Source: Malacoraja senta
Lineage: Eukaryota
Direction: 5' to 3'
DNA length: 64,000 nt
NCBI GenBank assembly: GCA_038087875.1
Contig: CM075992.1
Location: 1,614,001-1,678,000 of the forward strand
Shown: one piece after another, positions 1 to 12,200 of the stretch
Layout of the letters: each line of letters starts with the position of its first letter
How positions within the stretch are numbered: the stretch's first letter is position 1
Position numbers and translations under genes: made by a program
The notes under the pieces: generated by a model
What the model was told of the DNA's origin: nothing
The model's input: the letters and a program-made list of their open reading frames with translations, nothing else
Databases searched by the model: none

Positions 1-195
1 ACAAAAATGCTGGAGAAACTCAGCGGGTGCAGCAGCATCTATGGAGCGAAGGAAATAGGTAACGTTTCGGGCCGAAACCCTTCTTCAGAAACGTTACCTA
101 TTTCCTTCGCTCCATAGATGCTGCTGCACCCGCTGAGTTTCTCCAGCATTTTTGTGTACCTTCGATTTTCCAGCATCTGCAGTTCCTTCTTTAAC
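1..195. mobile_element. Fold-back Penelope-derived element (truncated by window edge)
   Basis: 1-67 is an inverted repeat of ~89-155. Same family as 44755-44890. Confidence 0.8.
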
Positions 196-793
196 AATTC
201 GGATAAGCAGTTGGTTAGACACACATTGGTGGCAGAGAGTAGGGAAGATTCAAGCAAGAGGACATGATTTGAGTATTAAGGGACAAAAGTTTAGGGGTGA
301 CATGAGGGGGAACTTCTTTACTCAGAGTGTGGTAGCTGTGTGGAATGAGCTTCCAGTGGAAGTGGTGGAGGCAGGTTCGATTTTATCATTTAAAAATAAA
401 ATGGTTAGGTATATGGATGGGAAAGGAATGGAGGGTTATGGTCTGAGTGCAGGTAGATGGGACTAGGTGACAGTAAGTGTTCGTCACGGACTAGTAGGGC
501 CGAGATGGACTGTTTCCGTGCTGTAATTGTTATATGGTTATATCAGGGCTGGGATGCCTGGTTGAATAGGTCTGGGTAGAGATGTACTGAAATGGACGGG
601 TGAAATGGGTGGAGGTACATTGGTTACACGACGAGGAAGAACAATGCTGGATAGGGCTTTTCCGGGTAGGAAGACCATAACAGTGGTCGCACCCACCCAG
701 AAGGTGGGTATTGGAGGCTGGTGGTACAGTGTAGGATTCAGTAGAATTGGTGTGGTTGGTAATTCATCACACACTATGAGGCTGTGTCCAAAG

Positions 794-967
794 GCTTTAA
801 GAAGGAACTGCAGATGCTGGAAAATCGAAGGTAGACAAATCGAAGGTGGACAAAAGTGCTGGAGAAACTCGGAGGGTGCAGCAGCATCTAAGGAGCGAAG
901 GAAATAAATTTCCTTCGCTCCTTAGATGCTGCTGCACCCTCCGAGTTTCTCCAGCACTTTTGTCTAC
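794..967. mobile_element. Fold-back Penelope-derived element with TSD
   Basis: Inverted arms, flanked by the 12-bp duplication ctgtgtccaaag (782-793 and 968-979). Confidence 0.8.
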
Positions 968-1393
968 CTGTGTCCAAAGTCTCGTGGGACCATTAACCCG
1001 CCACAAGGCTCATTGGGACTGGGAGGGCGCTGGAGCCATCAGATGTGAGGAGTGGGCCGGTAAGAGGGTGAACCAGGGTAATGCCTTCAGCGCCTTCAAT
1101 GTCGGCTGCAGGAGGCGTCCCTGAGACACAAAGATGGCTGGATGAGGATAGGAGAGGGACGTCGGTTCTCGGGAACTGCTCTGCTACTCTGAGCGCGCGG
1201 GCCGACCCGGACTTTGAATAATTGCGCCAAAAACTGCATATGTATAATATAATGTAAAAAATATATGCAAAAGGAATTTCGCTGTGCAGTTGCATATGTG
1301 ACAAATAAAGCTCCATTGACCATTGTGTACTGGTTGTGAGTGCATTCTCCTCTTGAACACTCGGTTCCTGGAATAGTGTGTAGATTTGCTTAC

Positions 1394-1515
1394 TTGCACA
1401 GTACAATTCCATTCTTCAGCCCATCCATTAAGGTTTCAGGAAGAACGACTCCAATGACATCTTCAATCCATCTCCGAATATCCTCATCTTTTTGTGGGTC
1501 GTACTTCTGGGCAAT
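1394..1515 (-). CDS. CNN1: Calponin-1, coding exon 2 (IAQKYDPQKDEDIRRWIEDVIGVVLPETLMDGLKNGIVLC), start of CH domain; later exons not seen in the window
   Basis: CTACAG acceptor, 122 nt, GTAAGC donor, in frame with exon 1. AQKYD and MDGLK are CNN1-like residues. Confidence 0.93.
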
Positions 1516-2333
1516 CTGTAGGTCACGAGGAAAACCAAGTGAATTCTCTTGAAAGTGCGTCCCTTGACTGGGCTAAAATATTCCCATGCCTCTTGACTTC
1601 TTGGACCAGCTGAAACCACTTCCCTATGACATCCGATGATACTAAAATGGCCGGTATCACAGATAATGTTATCAAAAATTGCAGCAGGATCTTGATCAGC
1701 TGCCAAAGTAGGCCGAAGACTGATTAATGCAGATATGTGCGTGATGTTCTACTTCGGGAAGGACAGGACCTTCACAATGAACAGTAGGCCCCTGGGGAGT
1801 GTTGTAGAGCAGAGGGATCCAAGAGTGCAGGTACATAGTCCCTTGACAGTGGCGTCACAGGTATATATGGGTGGTCAAGTCAGAGATAGGGAGGGATTTA
1901 ACCAGGGGGGATCGGATGGAGTCGAGGTATGTGGAAATAAGTTCGGTGGGAGTCGAGGTATTCGGCCCGAAACGTTGCCTATTTCCTTTGCTCCATAGAT
2001 GCTGCCTCACCCTCTGAGTTTGTCCAGCGTTTTTGTCTACCTATGGGTGGTCAAGAATGCTTTTGGTACAGTGGCTATTCTCAGTCAGGGTAAAGACATT
2101 CCCTGAGTTACATAATGGTCTGAAGAAGGGTCTCGACCCAAAACGTCACCTATTCCTATTCTCCGGACCCGCTGAGTTACTCCAGCATTTTGTGTCTGTC
2201 TTACATAAGGGTCACCTTCGGTCAACTCTGACGTAAGTCAAGATTTTGTGCCAGTCGGGTACGCATAGACACGTGTAAATTTGGCAATGGGGAATTTGTG
2301 GCGCGTTATAGTCGGGTTTTATTTAAACCTTTG

Positions 2334-2518
2334 TTTAAGAAGGAACTGCAGATGCTGGTAAATTGAAGGTAGGCAAAAATGGTGGAGAAACTCAGCGGGT
2401 GAGGCAGCATCTATGGAGCGAAGGAAATAGGCAACGTTTCGACCCGAAATGTTGCCTATTTCCTTCGCTCCATAGATGCTGCCTCACCCGCTGAGTTTCT
2501 CCAGCATTTTTGTCTACC
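2334..2518. mobile_element. Fold-back Penelope-derived element with TSD
   Basis: Inverted arms, flanked by duplicated ttttatttaaaccttt. Confidence 0.8.
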
Positions 2519-2641
2519 TTTTATTTAAACCTTTTAGTTTTAAGTCTCATTTAAACAGATCACTTTTTAACTGGTCCAATCATGGGGTAAGCTCATATAA
2601 ATATCGGGGTCAATATTTGAAAAAGAGGTTTACTGACTGCC

Positions 2642-2779
2642 TTCTTCTTCTTTCGTGTGGCGTGCACAGCCTAAAGTTGTTGGACAACTTGTTCTATTTG
2701 ATCTTCCGTTTGTGCACGTCGAGTCGATTGCATTAGTCGAAACAGGGCTGACCACGTGAAGGTTGCAATCTTCCACCCC
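2642..2779 (-). mobile_element. Short non-autonomous retroposon (SINE-like) with ribozyme head and (GAA)n tail, copy 1
   Basis: Imperfect 11-bp TSD tactgactgcc/tgctggctgcc at 2631-2641 and 2780-2790. Colinear with 6166-6307. Confidence 0.82.
2726..2779 (-). ncRNA. Candidate minimal HDV/CPEB3-like ribozyme, sense to CNN1 pre-mRNA
   Basis: Minus strand reads GGGGTGG-AA-GATTGCA-ACC-TTCACGT-GGT-CAGCCCT-GT-TTCGA-CTAA-TGCAATC, the same nested double-pseudoknot order. Confidence 0.76.
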
Positions 2780-3749
2780 TGCTGGCTGCCAAAGGACAGT
2801 CTTAAGGTGAGAGGGGAAAGATTTAATAGGAACCCGAGAGGCAACTTTGTCACACAGAAAGTGGTGGTTATATGGAACAGGCTTTCAAAGTTGGTAGTTG
2901 AGGCAGGCACGATGACAACATTTAAAAGACATTTGGATAGGGAAGGTTTAGAGGGATATGGGTCAAACATAAGCAGGTGGGACTCGTGTAGATGGGGCAT
3001 CTTGGTCGGCATAGGCAAGTTGGGCTGAAGGGCCTGTTTCCGTACTGTATGACTAACTTTCTATCTCTGTCGCCTCCAACGTATAGCTCTGCGATTTCCC
3101 CCTTCATGTGATCAACCTGTGCCTCTCCCAGGACTCTGGTGCTCCAAATATACAACCACCCTTTGTGTCTAAGCAGGTAGTTTTGTTGCAACATATGTCT
3201 CCATATTATGAATTGGTTAGAGTATAAAGCAATTGGGGAACACTATTGTATTGTGTGGGTTAAATTGGTTATAACGTAATCTCCATTGTGAACTAGTGGT
3301 CCACCGTAAGGGCTGGCACTGGGACTGCTGTTTCACAACGCCAGAGACCCAAATACAATCCTGACCTCGGGTGCTGCCTATGTGGAGTTTGCACATTCTC
3401 TCTTTGACAGTGCGGTTTTCCTCCAGGTGCTCTCCACAAAATGCTGGAGTAACTCAGCGGGACAGGCTGCAGCATCTCTGGAGAGAAGGAATGGGTGACG
3501 TTTCAGGTCGAGGCACCTTCTTCAGTCCCTTCTTTCCTTCAGGTGCTCTGGTTTCCTCCCACATGTGGGTTGTAGATTAATTGCCCTCTAGAATGCCCCT
3601 GGTGTGTAGAGAGTGGATATGAAAGTGGCATAACATAGACGTAGTGTAGATAGGGGACAATATTCAGCGTTGGCTTGGTGGGACGAAGGACCTGTTTCCA
3701 CACTCTGTCTCTGTCATATGAATATTGTTTTGGAAATTGACATATGTTA

Positions 3750-4245
3750 TAGACAATAGACGATAGGTGCAGGAGTAGGCCATTCGCCCCTTCGAGCCAG
3801 TCCCGCCATACAATGTGATCATGACTGATCATCCCCAATCAGTACCCCGTTCCTGCCTTTTCCCCATATCCCCTGACCGCTATTTTTAAGAGCCCTATCT
3901 AGCTCTCTCTTGAAAGCATCCAGAGAACCCGCCTCCACCGCCCTCCACCGCAGAGAATTCCACAGACTCACCACTCTCTGTGATAAAAAGTGTTTCCTCG
4001 TCTCCGTTCTAAATGGCTTATTCTTAAACTGTGTGGCCCCTGGTTCTGGACTCCCCCAACATCGGGAACATGTTTCCTGCCTCTAGCGTGTCCAAGCCCT
4101 TAACAATCTTATATGTTTCAATGAGATCCCCTCTCATCCATCTAAACTCCAGAGTGTACAAGCCCAGCCGCTCCATTCTCTCAGCATATGACAGTCCCGC
4201 CATCCCGGGAATTAACCTTGTAAACCTACACTGCACTCCCTCAAT
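3750..4245 (-). mobile_element. CR1 LINE 3' fragment, (ATTGTCT)n-tailed subfamily
   Basis: IEGVQ.RFTRLIPGMAGLSYAERMERLGLYTLEF translation. Related copies at ~10960-11360(-), 19670-19825 and 33290-33555. Confidence 0.9.
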
Positions 4246-5869
4246 AGTGTTGGGGGGTGGGGTAAGGAAAGTCTCAGGGATGGAGGGGAAAAGACTGTTT
4301 CTCTGTAACCTCGCCAGAGTAATCTGACACCATTGTCTCTTAAGAATATCGCTGTTACTTTCACCATGGAAGGTCATTGGAAATTAAAGAGTAAATGCCT
4401 TCTGTTAGCACTGCAATGATATGCTATTAAACAATGTAATATACAGGCTTTAGCATTTTTAGCTTGTAGTAACATAAATAAACGTACAGCTATTAAAAGG
4501 ACTAATTTGTGAAAATCTGCTGGGGGGGAATAACTTCAGTGGAAAAGAATAAAATGCTGGAGGAACTGAGCTGGCCAGGCAGCATCTGTGCAAGGAAAAG
4601 GGCAGTTCACGTTTTGAGTGAGTTGAGCTTATTTACACGTGTACCGAGGTACAGTGAAAAGCTTTTGTTGCGTGTTAACCGGTCAACGGAAAGACAATAC
4701 ATGATTACAATCGGGCCGTCCACAGTGTACAGATTCATGAGAAAGGGAATAACGTTTAATGCAAGGTAAAGCCAATAAAGTCCGATCAAAGATAGTCCGA
4801 GGATCTCCAATGAGGTAGATAGTAGTTCAGGACTGCTCTCTAGTTGTGGTAGGATGGTTCAGTTGCCTGATAAGTGTGGAGATATCTGGTCTCAGCTCAA
4901 AGGCCTGAGTGTCCTGGCCTTGGGTATGTCTAAGTGCCTTGCTCCTTGGCATCACCAGGAGACCCCTGTAAATATCTACTATCAATTGTCACCGGCAGCC
5001 CTCCTCCCTTGTAAGGAATGAGTAAGGTGGGGAGGGAGGTCAGTCTTGCCTACTCCCTCTTTTTGCTTGCTTTCCCCTCCCCACTCTTCTTCACTCAGTC
5101 ACTCCCTTCATCGAGACTTCGAGCCTCATCCCCGACCCTTCCCATTTTGGACAGACAAAATCTCTTTTTGCTCTTAATCTGTCGGTGTAGTGCTGGATAA
5201 ACAACAAACGATGAGGAGGCAGAGTGCTGGAGGAACTCAGCAGGCTGGGCAGCGTCTGTGGAGGGAGTACATAGACAATATTTTGGGTCAGAAAGATGTC
5301 GGAGCCTGAAGAAGGGTCCTGATCTGAAACACCGCCTGTCCGTTCCCTCCGTAGATGCTCGCCTGACCGTTAAGTTCCTCCAGCACTCTGCTCAAGATTC
5401 AAGCATCTGCACTTTCCTGTATCTCCAAATGATTAAGTAAGTTAGTGGGTCCTGATTGCTCACTAGAAATCGGCCGTTCCAGCCGCTGCGAGGACTCTCC
5501 CGACGGCCAGGAACATCGGGCCTCCGTAGAGGCAACTGTGGCGGCCTCGATGGGCCTGACTCTGGGGAGAACTGGGTTGGGGACTGGACATTGTGGCTTC
5601 CCCCACAGTGGTAACCATTGTGGGGGGTATGATTTTGTGTGTAGTGTTATGTGTCTGTGTTAGTCTGTGTTAGTCTATGTCCAACATGGCGGTCGGAAGG
5701 GAGAGTGTACGCTGGCGCGGTTTGGCTGCTGCTGCTCTCCCTTCATATTGTGTTTTCTGAATTTTGTTGTTGTCTTCTTTGGATCAAATTTCTGTTTTTA
5801 ATTTATGTATTTGTGATGTCTTTATAACTTATTTTACTCTGATTATATGTTTATATGTTTCTTTGTGAA

Positions 5870-6043
5870 ATTGTAAGGTGTCCTAGAGATTTTTGTATAG
5901 GCGCCCTTAAAATAAAAAGTTTTTTGTTTTTAATCAACTAGATTTTAATATTGATAAATGTATTGTGATTTTATGTCCTGTAAGGTGTCCTTGGGTGTCC
6001 AGAAAGGCGCCAGCAAATAAAATGCATTATTATTATTATTATT
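5870..6043 (+). mobile_element. Two L2-like LINE 3' tails
   Basis: tgtaaggtgtcc...aggcgcc...aaataaa occurs twice, ending in (TAT)n. Confidence 0.55.
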
Positions 6044-6165
6044 AGAAAGGGAAGTGAGGTGTGGCCTTTGGTGCCAGAAAGCTTGGGCCCAGGGGAGCAA
6101 GGAGGCCCAGGATTAGCGCCCCGAACTAGACCCCAGTTCAGTTCCAGGCCTACGAGCTTCCCAGC

Positions 6166-6219
6166 GGGGTAGGAGATTGCAACCTTCACGTGGTCCGCCC
6201 TGTTTCGACGAATGCAATC
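6166..6219 (+). ncRNA. Candidate minimal HDV/CPEB3-like ribozyme
   Basis: P1 GGGGTAG/CCGCCCT, P2 GATTGCA/TGCAATC, P3 ACC/GGT, L3 TTCACGT, J4/2 CGAA, and P4 reduced to TTCGA. Confidence 0.78.
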
Positions 6220-6307
6220 AACCTGGCGTGCACAAACAAACAAGATCAAATAGAACTAGTTGTCCTACAACTTTGGGCTGTGCACGCCATACGCAAGAAG
6301 AGAAGAA
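6166..6307 (+). mobile_element. Short non-autonomous retroposon (SINE-like) with ribozyme head and (GAA)n tail, copy 2
   Basis: Perfect 12-bp TSD gagcttcccagc at 6154-6165 and 6308-6319. Homologous to 2642-2779, with the same 5' start GGGGT. Confidence 0.85.
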
Positions 6308-7949
6308 GAGCTTCCCAGCAATCAACTCATTACCTGTACCTGGCCCCATGCCATATTTAACAGTGAAACTGATCTTGGAATCCCTTTTACTCAATCCCAT
6401 TTGTAGAATCTCAAAGGATATGGGGAGAAGGCAAGAGAATGGGGTTGAATGACAAACTGTAGATCAGCCATGATTGAATGGTGGAGTAGACTCCATAGGC
6501 CGAATGGCCTAATTCTGCTCCTATGATATGAACGTGGCTGAGATTGCCTATTTCTATCTCCATACAATGTCTGATCGCACCCCTTTCTGAACTCGAATGC
6601 TGCTGAACCCTCATTCACACCTTTGCTTCCACTTGACTTGACCAGGGCAACACACTCCCGCGCGGTAACGTGCATTCTCCACCGTTCAAACCTCTGCTCC
6701 CTGTATACCAGCACGTACTAAGTCCTTCTCATCTAGTGTCCATGCGCTTTCCGACCTGCACTGGGTCCTGATTAAGCAAGCCTTGATCTTAAAATTTAAG
6801 AAAGAACTGCAGATGCTGGAAAAACGAAGGTGGATAAAAATGCTGGAGAAACTCAGCGGGTTTCACCTTTGATCTTAAAATTGGCACCTTTTCTCAAATC
6901 TCTTCAAGACTGTGCCTCTCCCTAACTCTGTAATTATCCAAGTCCTATGTTCCTCGAAGTCTCCCCTGATTAAATCCCCAGTCATAATCACTCCAGCATG
7001 GGGAGGTATCTCCTCTAGTAAGTCATAGGAGGAGAATTATGCCATTCGGCCCTTCGAATGTACTCCGCCATTCACTCATGGCCGATCTATCCCTCAACCT
7101 CACTCACCTGGTCGCCATGGAAAAAATCAATATTTTTTTACTCGTGGCTTTAGTCGAGGTAGGTCGTAATGCTATTTTTAGGCAGTCGAAGTCAATCAAT
7201 GGAAGGTAAAGCTCGTTGATAAAAAAAACGTTGTCTGGCTTCTTATTAGTGTCTCCACTCCTTCTCCCCCCCCCTTCTCCCCCCTTCTCTCACCCTCTCT
7301 AAAGGACTTACCGAACTGTGCTGGCCGTCTTTTACCTTCCGGCTGTGAATTTCAGACAGCGCTCCCCCGCTTTCCCTGGCCCCCGTATTTGCGATATGTT
7401 TGTGTGTGTGTGTGTGTGTGTGTGCGTGCGCAGACGGTCGATCCGGCTCGCGGTTTCATCACTGACGGTCGATCCAGCTCGAGGTTTTCCAGGCGAGTGC
7501 CCTCGAGCTTGATGGTCGAAGACAGTCGCTGTAAAGTCGCGTCTGTGGGAAAGGCCCTTTAGTCATCACCTTGTGCCCTTCAAGTTTCAAAGTGCTTAAG
7601 TGTATAGAGTCTTAGCTTGCCCGTAAAGGCCTGTTGTCCTGGAGGAGGCACAGGGTTGATGTGTAGTTTAATTTATTGTCACGTGTACCGAGGTACAGTG
7701 AAAAGCTTTTTTTTGCGTGCTATCCAGTCAGTGGAAAGACAATATGCGATTACAAGTGAGCCATTTACAGTGTATAGATACATGGTCAGGGATGTTGCAC
7801 GTGTCCCCATAGCCATTGGCACCCAATAACTCATACAGCTCAGCATTAATGTTTGTGAAGCACTTTGAAATGTAGCTACATTGAAGTTGCTATATAAATA
7901 GAAGTTGTTACAATGAGCTTGTAGCATCCTTACCCTGAGTGTACCTGAT

Positions 7950-8380
7950 AAAGACTGGATAGACTCGGCTTGTACTCGCTAGAATTTAGAAGATTGAGGG
8001 GGGATCTTATAGAAACTTACAAAATTCTTAAGGGGTTGGACAGGCTAGATGCAGGAAGATTGTTCCCGATGTTGGGGAAGTCCAGAACAAGGGGTCACAG
8101 TTTAAGGATAAGGGGGAAGTCTTTTAGGACCGAGATGAGAAACATTTTTTCACACAGAGAGTGGTGAATCTCTGGAATTCTCTGCCACAGAAGGTAGTTG
8201 AGGCCAGTTCATTGGCTATATTTAAGAGGGAGTTAGATGTGGCTAAAGGGATCAGGGGGTATGGAGAGAAGGCAGGTACAGGATACTGAGTTGGATGATC
8301 AGCCATGATCATATTGAATGGCGGTGCAGGCTCGAAGGGCCGAATGGCCTACTCCTGCACCTATTTTCTATGTTTCTATG
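7950..8380 (+). mobile_element. CR1 LINE 3' fragment, young subfamily with (TTTCTATG)n tail
   Basis: ORF2 end LYSLEFRRLRGDLIETYKIL...RTRGHSL...WNSLP and 3' hairpin gggccgaatggcct. Near-identical copies at ~14685-15150, 17200-17745(-), 31925-32325, 51890-52105(-) and 53365-53690(-). Confidence 0.9.
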
Positions 8381-9194
8381 ATAGTGAGATCAAGTGGTTA
8401 ACATTTAACTTCCATCCACAGTTGAAATGATTTAAACAGAACAAAGTATTAAGTTCATGGAATAATTGCAGAATTGATTCAGGAGAGATTTGCAGATAAA
8501 GTTTACATTTTTCTAAATTCATCGATAAGTTGATAGTACACCTCATTCAGTGGTGTCTGCTGTTAGTATATAGCTCTCCTCCCACCCCGCATTCAGAGCT
8601 GCACTAACGGTGACTACTATTAGACTATATTAATGTCAGTTGCAGCAACACACGCCAGTCACATACACATACAAGTACAAATGTTTATCGGACTCTCTGT
8701 TTCAGTCGTGGAGCTTGCCCCTGACTAACTCTGCTCTAACAAACAGATTTTATTGCATCAAATCACTGAAGATGTTTCCTTTCTCGAACATAAGTTGCGG
8801 ACTGGAGTTTGGCAGAAGTTGCCCTTTAGATGTTACCTAATGGTTGCTGTTTGCATCCGGCAGAATCAATACTTCAGGAGGTTAAATTCCTCCAGCTTGG
8901 CTTATCTCCCCCCACCCCCCCCCCCCCTCACGTCTGCGGGCCACATTTCATTCATTGACAAGCTGGCTAATATTTAAAAGAATGTTTGAACAGCTTGCTG
9001 CAAGCACTGACTCGATGATCTGTACAGATAATGCTTGCACATCTGTCACTAATAACTCTATTAAACATCAGATGTGAATTGTTAATGATAGGTTTGACGT
9101 GATTGCAATTGCCAGCAAGGTTTGGCGAAAGTCCCTCGCTCTGCACTTGCACAGTTTCCACCCGGGTGAAAATACAAGACCAGTGCCTGCCTAC

Positions 9195-9254
9195 CTTACG
9201 GTTCACCTCCGCTGACAGCCCATATGCAGGGCCCTTGTTGAAATGCGCTGACAT
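9195..9254 (-). CDS. CNN1: Calponin-1, coding exon 1 ([20 protein letters not shown])
   Basis: ATG at 9254-9252, 20 codons, then a GTAGGC donor (phase 0). Matches the calponin N-terminus (human CNN1 [21 protein letters not shown]). AHFN and GPAYG favour CNN1 over CNN2/CNN3. Confidence 0.93.
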
Positions 9255-12200
9255 CTTTTTGGATTGTGGAGTAAATTGAACTGCAGGCTTAAAATCCCCT
9301 ACCAGCCACTTCCTGCACTCACGGGTGTTTAGTTCTGGAAGTCCCACAAAAATTCCCCAAAACCTTTCAAACTCTTGAATTAGTTGGATCTGAGACTACT
9401 GCCCAATTGGTTCAGAGGAAGCCCAATCAGGTTGGCTGACAATTCCAATGACGCCAGCCTATTGGAATTTGAGAAAATGCCGTCACATTTTCCATCTTGG
9501 CTGTTTATGTTGGATCTGTAGAGAGATCGGTTTGATTTTGCAGCAGCATTTCATACATGGAGAAAAATCTGTAATTCGAAGGATATGAGCAAGAGTTGGG
9601 GTTTTTTTGCTCCAGCCTTTGAAATATCAGGTGTCATCGGGCCAAGATGGGTAGCACTGTCATGTCACATCAGGGCATACCTGGTGGTTTACTTTGGAGA
9701 TATGGCGTGGAAGCAGGCCCTTCGGCCCATCGAATCCGTACTAGGTCTCCGTTATCCCATTTTCTCATTCGCACCTTACACACTCGGACAATTTACAGAA
9801 ACCAATGAACCTAGGAGGAGATTCGCTGTGATGGATGTTTGTGTAAATTGTGTTGTGTCTTGGTTCTTTTTACTTGTTTGTATGACTGCAGAAACCAAAT
9901 TTTGTTTGAACTTGGGTTCAAATGACAACAAATAAATATCTATCTATATCTATCTATCTATAACCCTGCACATCTTTGGAATGTGTGAGGAAGCCAGAGC
10001 ACCCAGAGGAAACCCACGCGGTCACAGGGAGAACGTACAAACTCCATACAGGCAGCACCCGTGGTCAGGATTGAACCTGTGTCTCTGGCACTGTAAGGCA
10101 TTAACTCTACCCCTGTGTCACTGTGCCACCCTATAATCCCTAAAATGTCACATCAGGTCCTGTAATATTAGGTTTAGGGTCATTAACGTCATGTGTATCG
10201 AGGTACAGTGAAACACTATGTTTTGCACACTATGAAATCAAATCGGGAAATACTATACGTAAATACAATTAATCGAAACTCATAGCAAAGGGACATATAC
10301 AAAGTGTAGAATATAGTTTGTAGCATTGTAGTGCACCTGTACCAGAGAAAGTCCAAAGATAGACACAAAATGCTGGAGTAACTCAGGCAGCATCTCTGGA
10401 GAGAAGGAACGGGTGGCGTTTCGGGTCGAGTCTGAAGCGTCACCCATTCCTTCTCTCCAATGATGCTGCCTGTACCGCTGAGTTACGCCAGCTTTATGTG
10501 TCTATATTTGGTGTAAACCAGCATCTGCAGTGCCTTCCAACACCAGAGAAAGTCCACGTCTGCCACGGGGTACAAGACCCTGGAGGGTGGCCCCTGTGAT
10601 TTCACATCAGACTCTACCTCTGGTCCTTGCAGCATGCATGACCACACAGTAGTACCCCTGTGGCAGGGCCTGATACGTTACGCTGGACAAACCAGGAGAT
10701 CCCTGTGGCAAGTCCCAGTGCGTAGATTATATTGCATCTGGCCATCCTGGGCAGAAGAAACAAACTAAAATGCTGGCCTTGTAGACCCACATCCCAAGAA
10801 TAACTTTTTCTTTCGTTCCACATACTTCCTCTATACCTCTCAGTAATGTTACAATCTGTTTCCTTCACTTGCTTTCTCTCCCCAAGTTCATTACTTCTGA
10901 AGAAGGGTCTCGACCCGAAACGTCACCCATTCCTTCTCTCCAGTGATGCTGCCTGTCCCAATAGACAATAGGTGCAGGAGTAGGCCATTTGGCCCTTCGA
11001 GCCATTCAATGGCTGATCATCCCCAATCAGTATCCCGTTCCTGCCTTCTCCCCATATCCCCTGACTCTGCTATTTTTAAGAGCCCTATCTAGCTCTCTCT
11101 TGAAAGCATCTAGAGAACCTGCCTCCACCGCCCTCTTAGGCAGAGAATTCCACAGACTCACCACTCTCTGTGAGAAAAAGTGTTTCCTCGTCTCCGTTCT
11201 AAATGGCTTACTCCTTATTCTTAAACTGTGTGGCCCCTGGTTCTGGACTCCCCCAACATCGGGAACATGTTTCCTGCCTCTAGTGTGTCCAAACCCTTAA
11301 CAATCTTACATGTTTCAATGAGATTCCCTCTCATCCTTCTAAACTCCAGAGTGTACAAACCGCTGAGTCACTCTTCGGTTTAAACCAGCATCTGCAGTTA
11401 CTTCCAACACTGCACATTATTTCGCACCTCCCTGGACTGAAGTTCACTGGTCCCTTTTCTACCCACCCAATCCCCTATTGCCTCACAGTACCGGAGACCG
11501 GGGTTCAAACCCGACCTTGGGTGCTGACCGTGTGGAGTTTGCACGTTCTCTCTGTGACCAAGTGAGTTTCCTCTGGGTTCTCTGGTTTCCTCCCACATCC
11601 CAAAAGGGAAAGTGAAACAAGGTCCTTTGGTCCACCATATCCTTGTCAACCTTTGTGCCCACCTACACTAATCCTCACGTTTGGTCCATATGATTGGCCA
11701 CGTGGGACTTTGACAAAAGCGTTGCTGAAGTTCTTGCAACTGAAATACTTGCAGTAGGTTTCGCCAAAGAAATTCTTGGAATGTAATCAAGTCCATAAGG
11801 AATCTCATTGGGGAAAATTGGCCTTGAAATAGAATCTGACTACGATCCACTGCAAATCGGGCATTTTTAAACCTTTGTGCTTTGTTGAACAAATCTGGGT
11901 CTTGCATGCCTTCTCATCAGAAGCACAACGACAACCATATCTGGATTTCCGATTAGTCATATGTAAAAGCCAATACCATGTGATTCACTTGGGATTGGTA
12001 CGACTTTTTTTTCCTCCAGAATGAATGAGCTGATTTTTTTTTTTTACGAGCACCAGAAAATAGCCCAGATATCATGACCCCATCCCATAAAGAAAGGCTG
12101 CTTGATACCGGGTCATCCTTTCCACATCTGTTGAAGAAAGGCTTTTGCAATCTGCCTTGTGGATTTATTAGGAACATTGTGCAGATACTGAAAGCTCTCT

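Noticed and set aside
2120..2147. Hammerhead motif copy with a plausible helix I
   Set aside because: The GAAA core is mutated to AAAA, so it is predicted inactive.
8967..9347. 126-aa ORF as a full protein
   Set aside because: Only 9195-9254 is calponin; the rest is upstream sequence and intron read-through.
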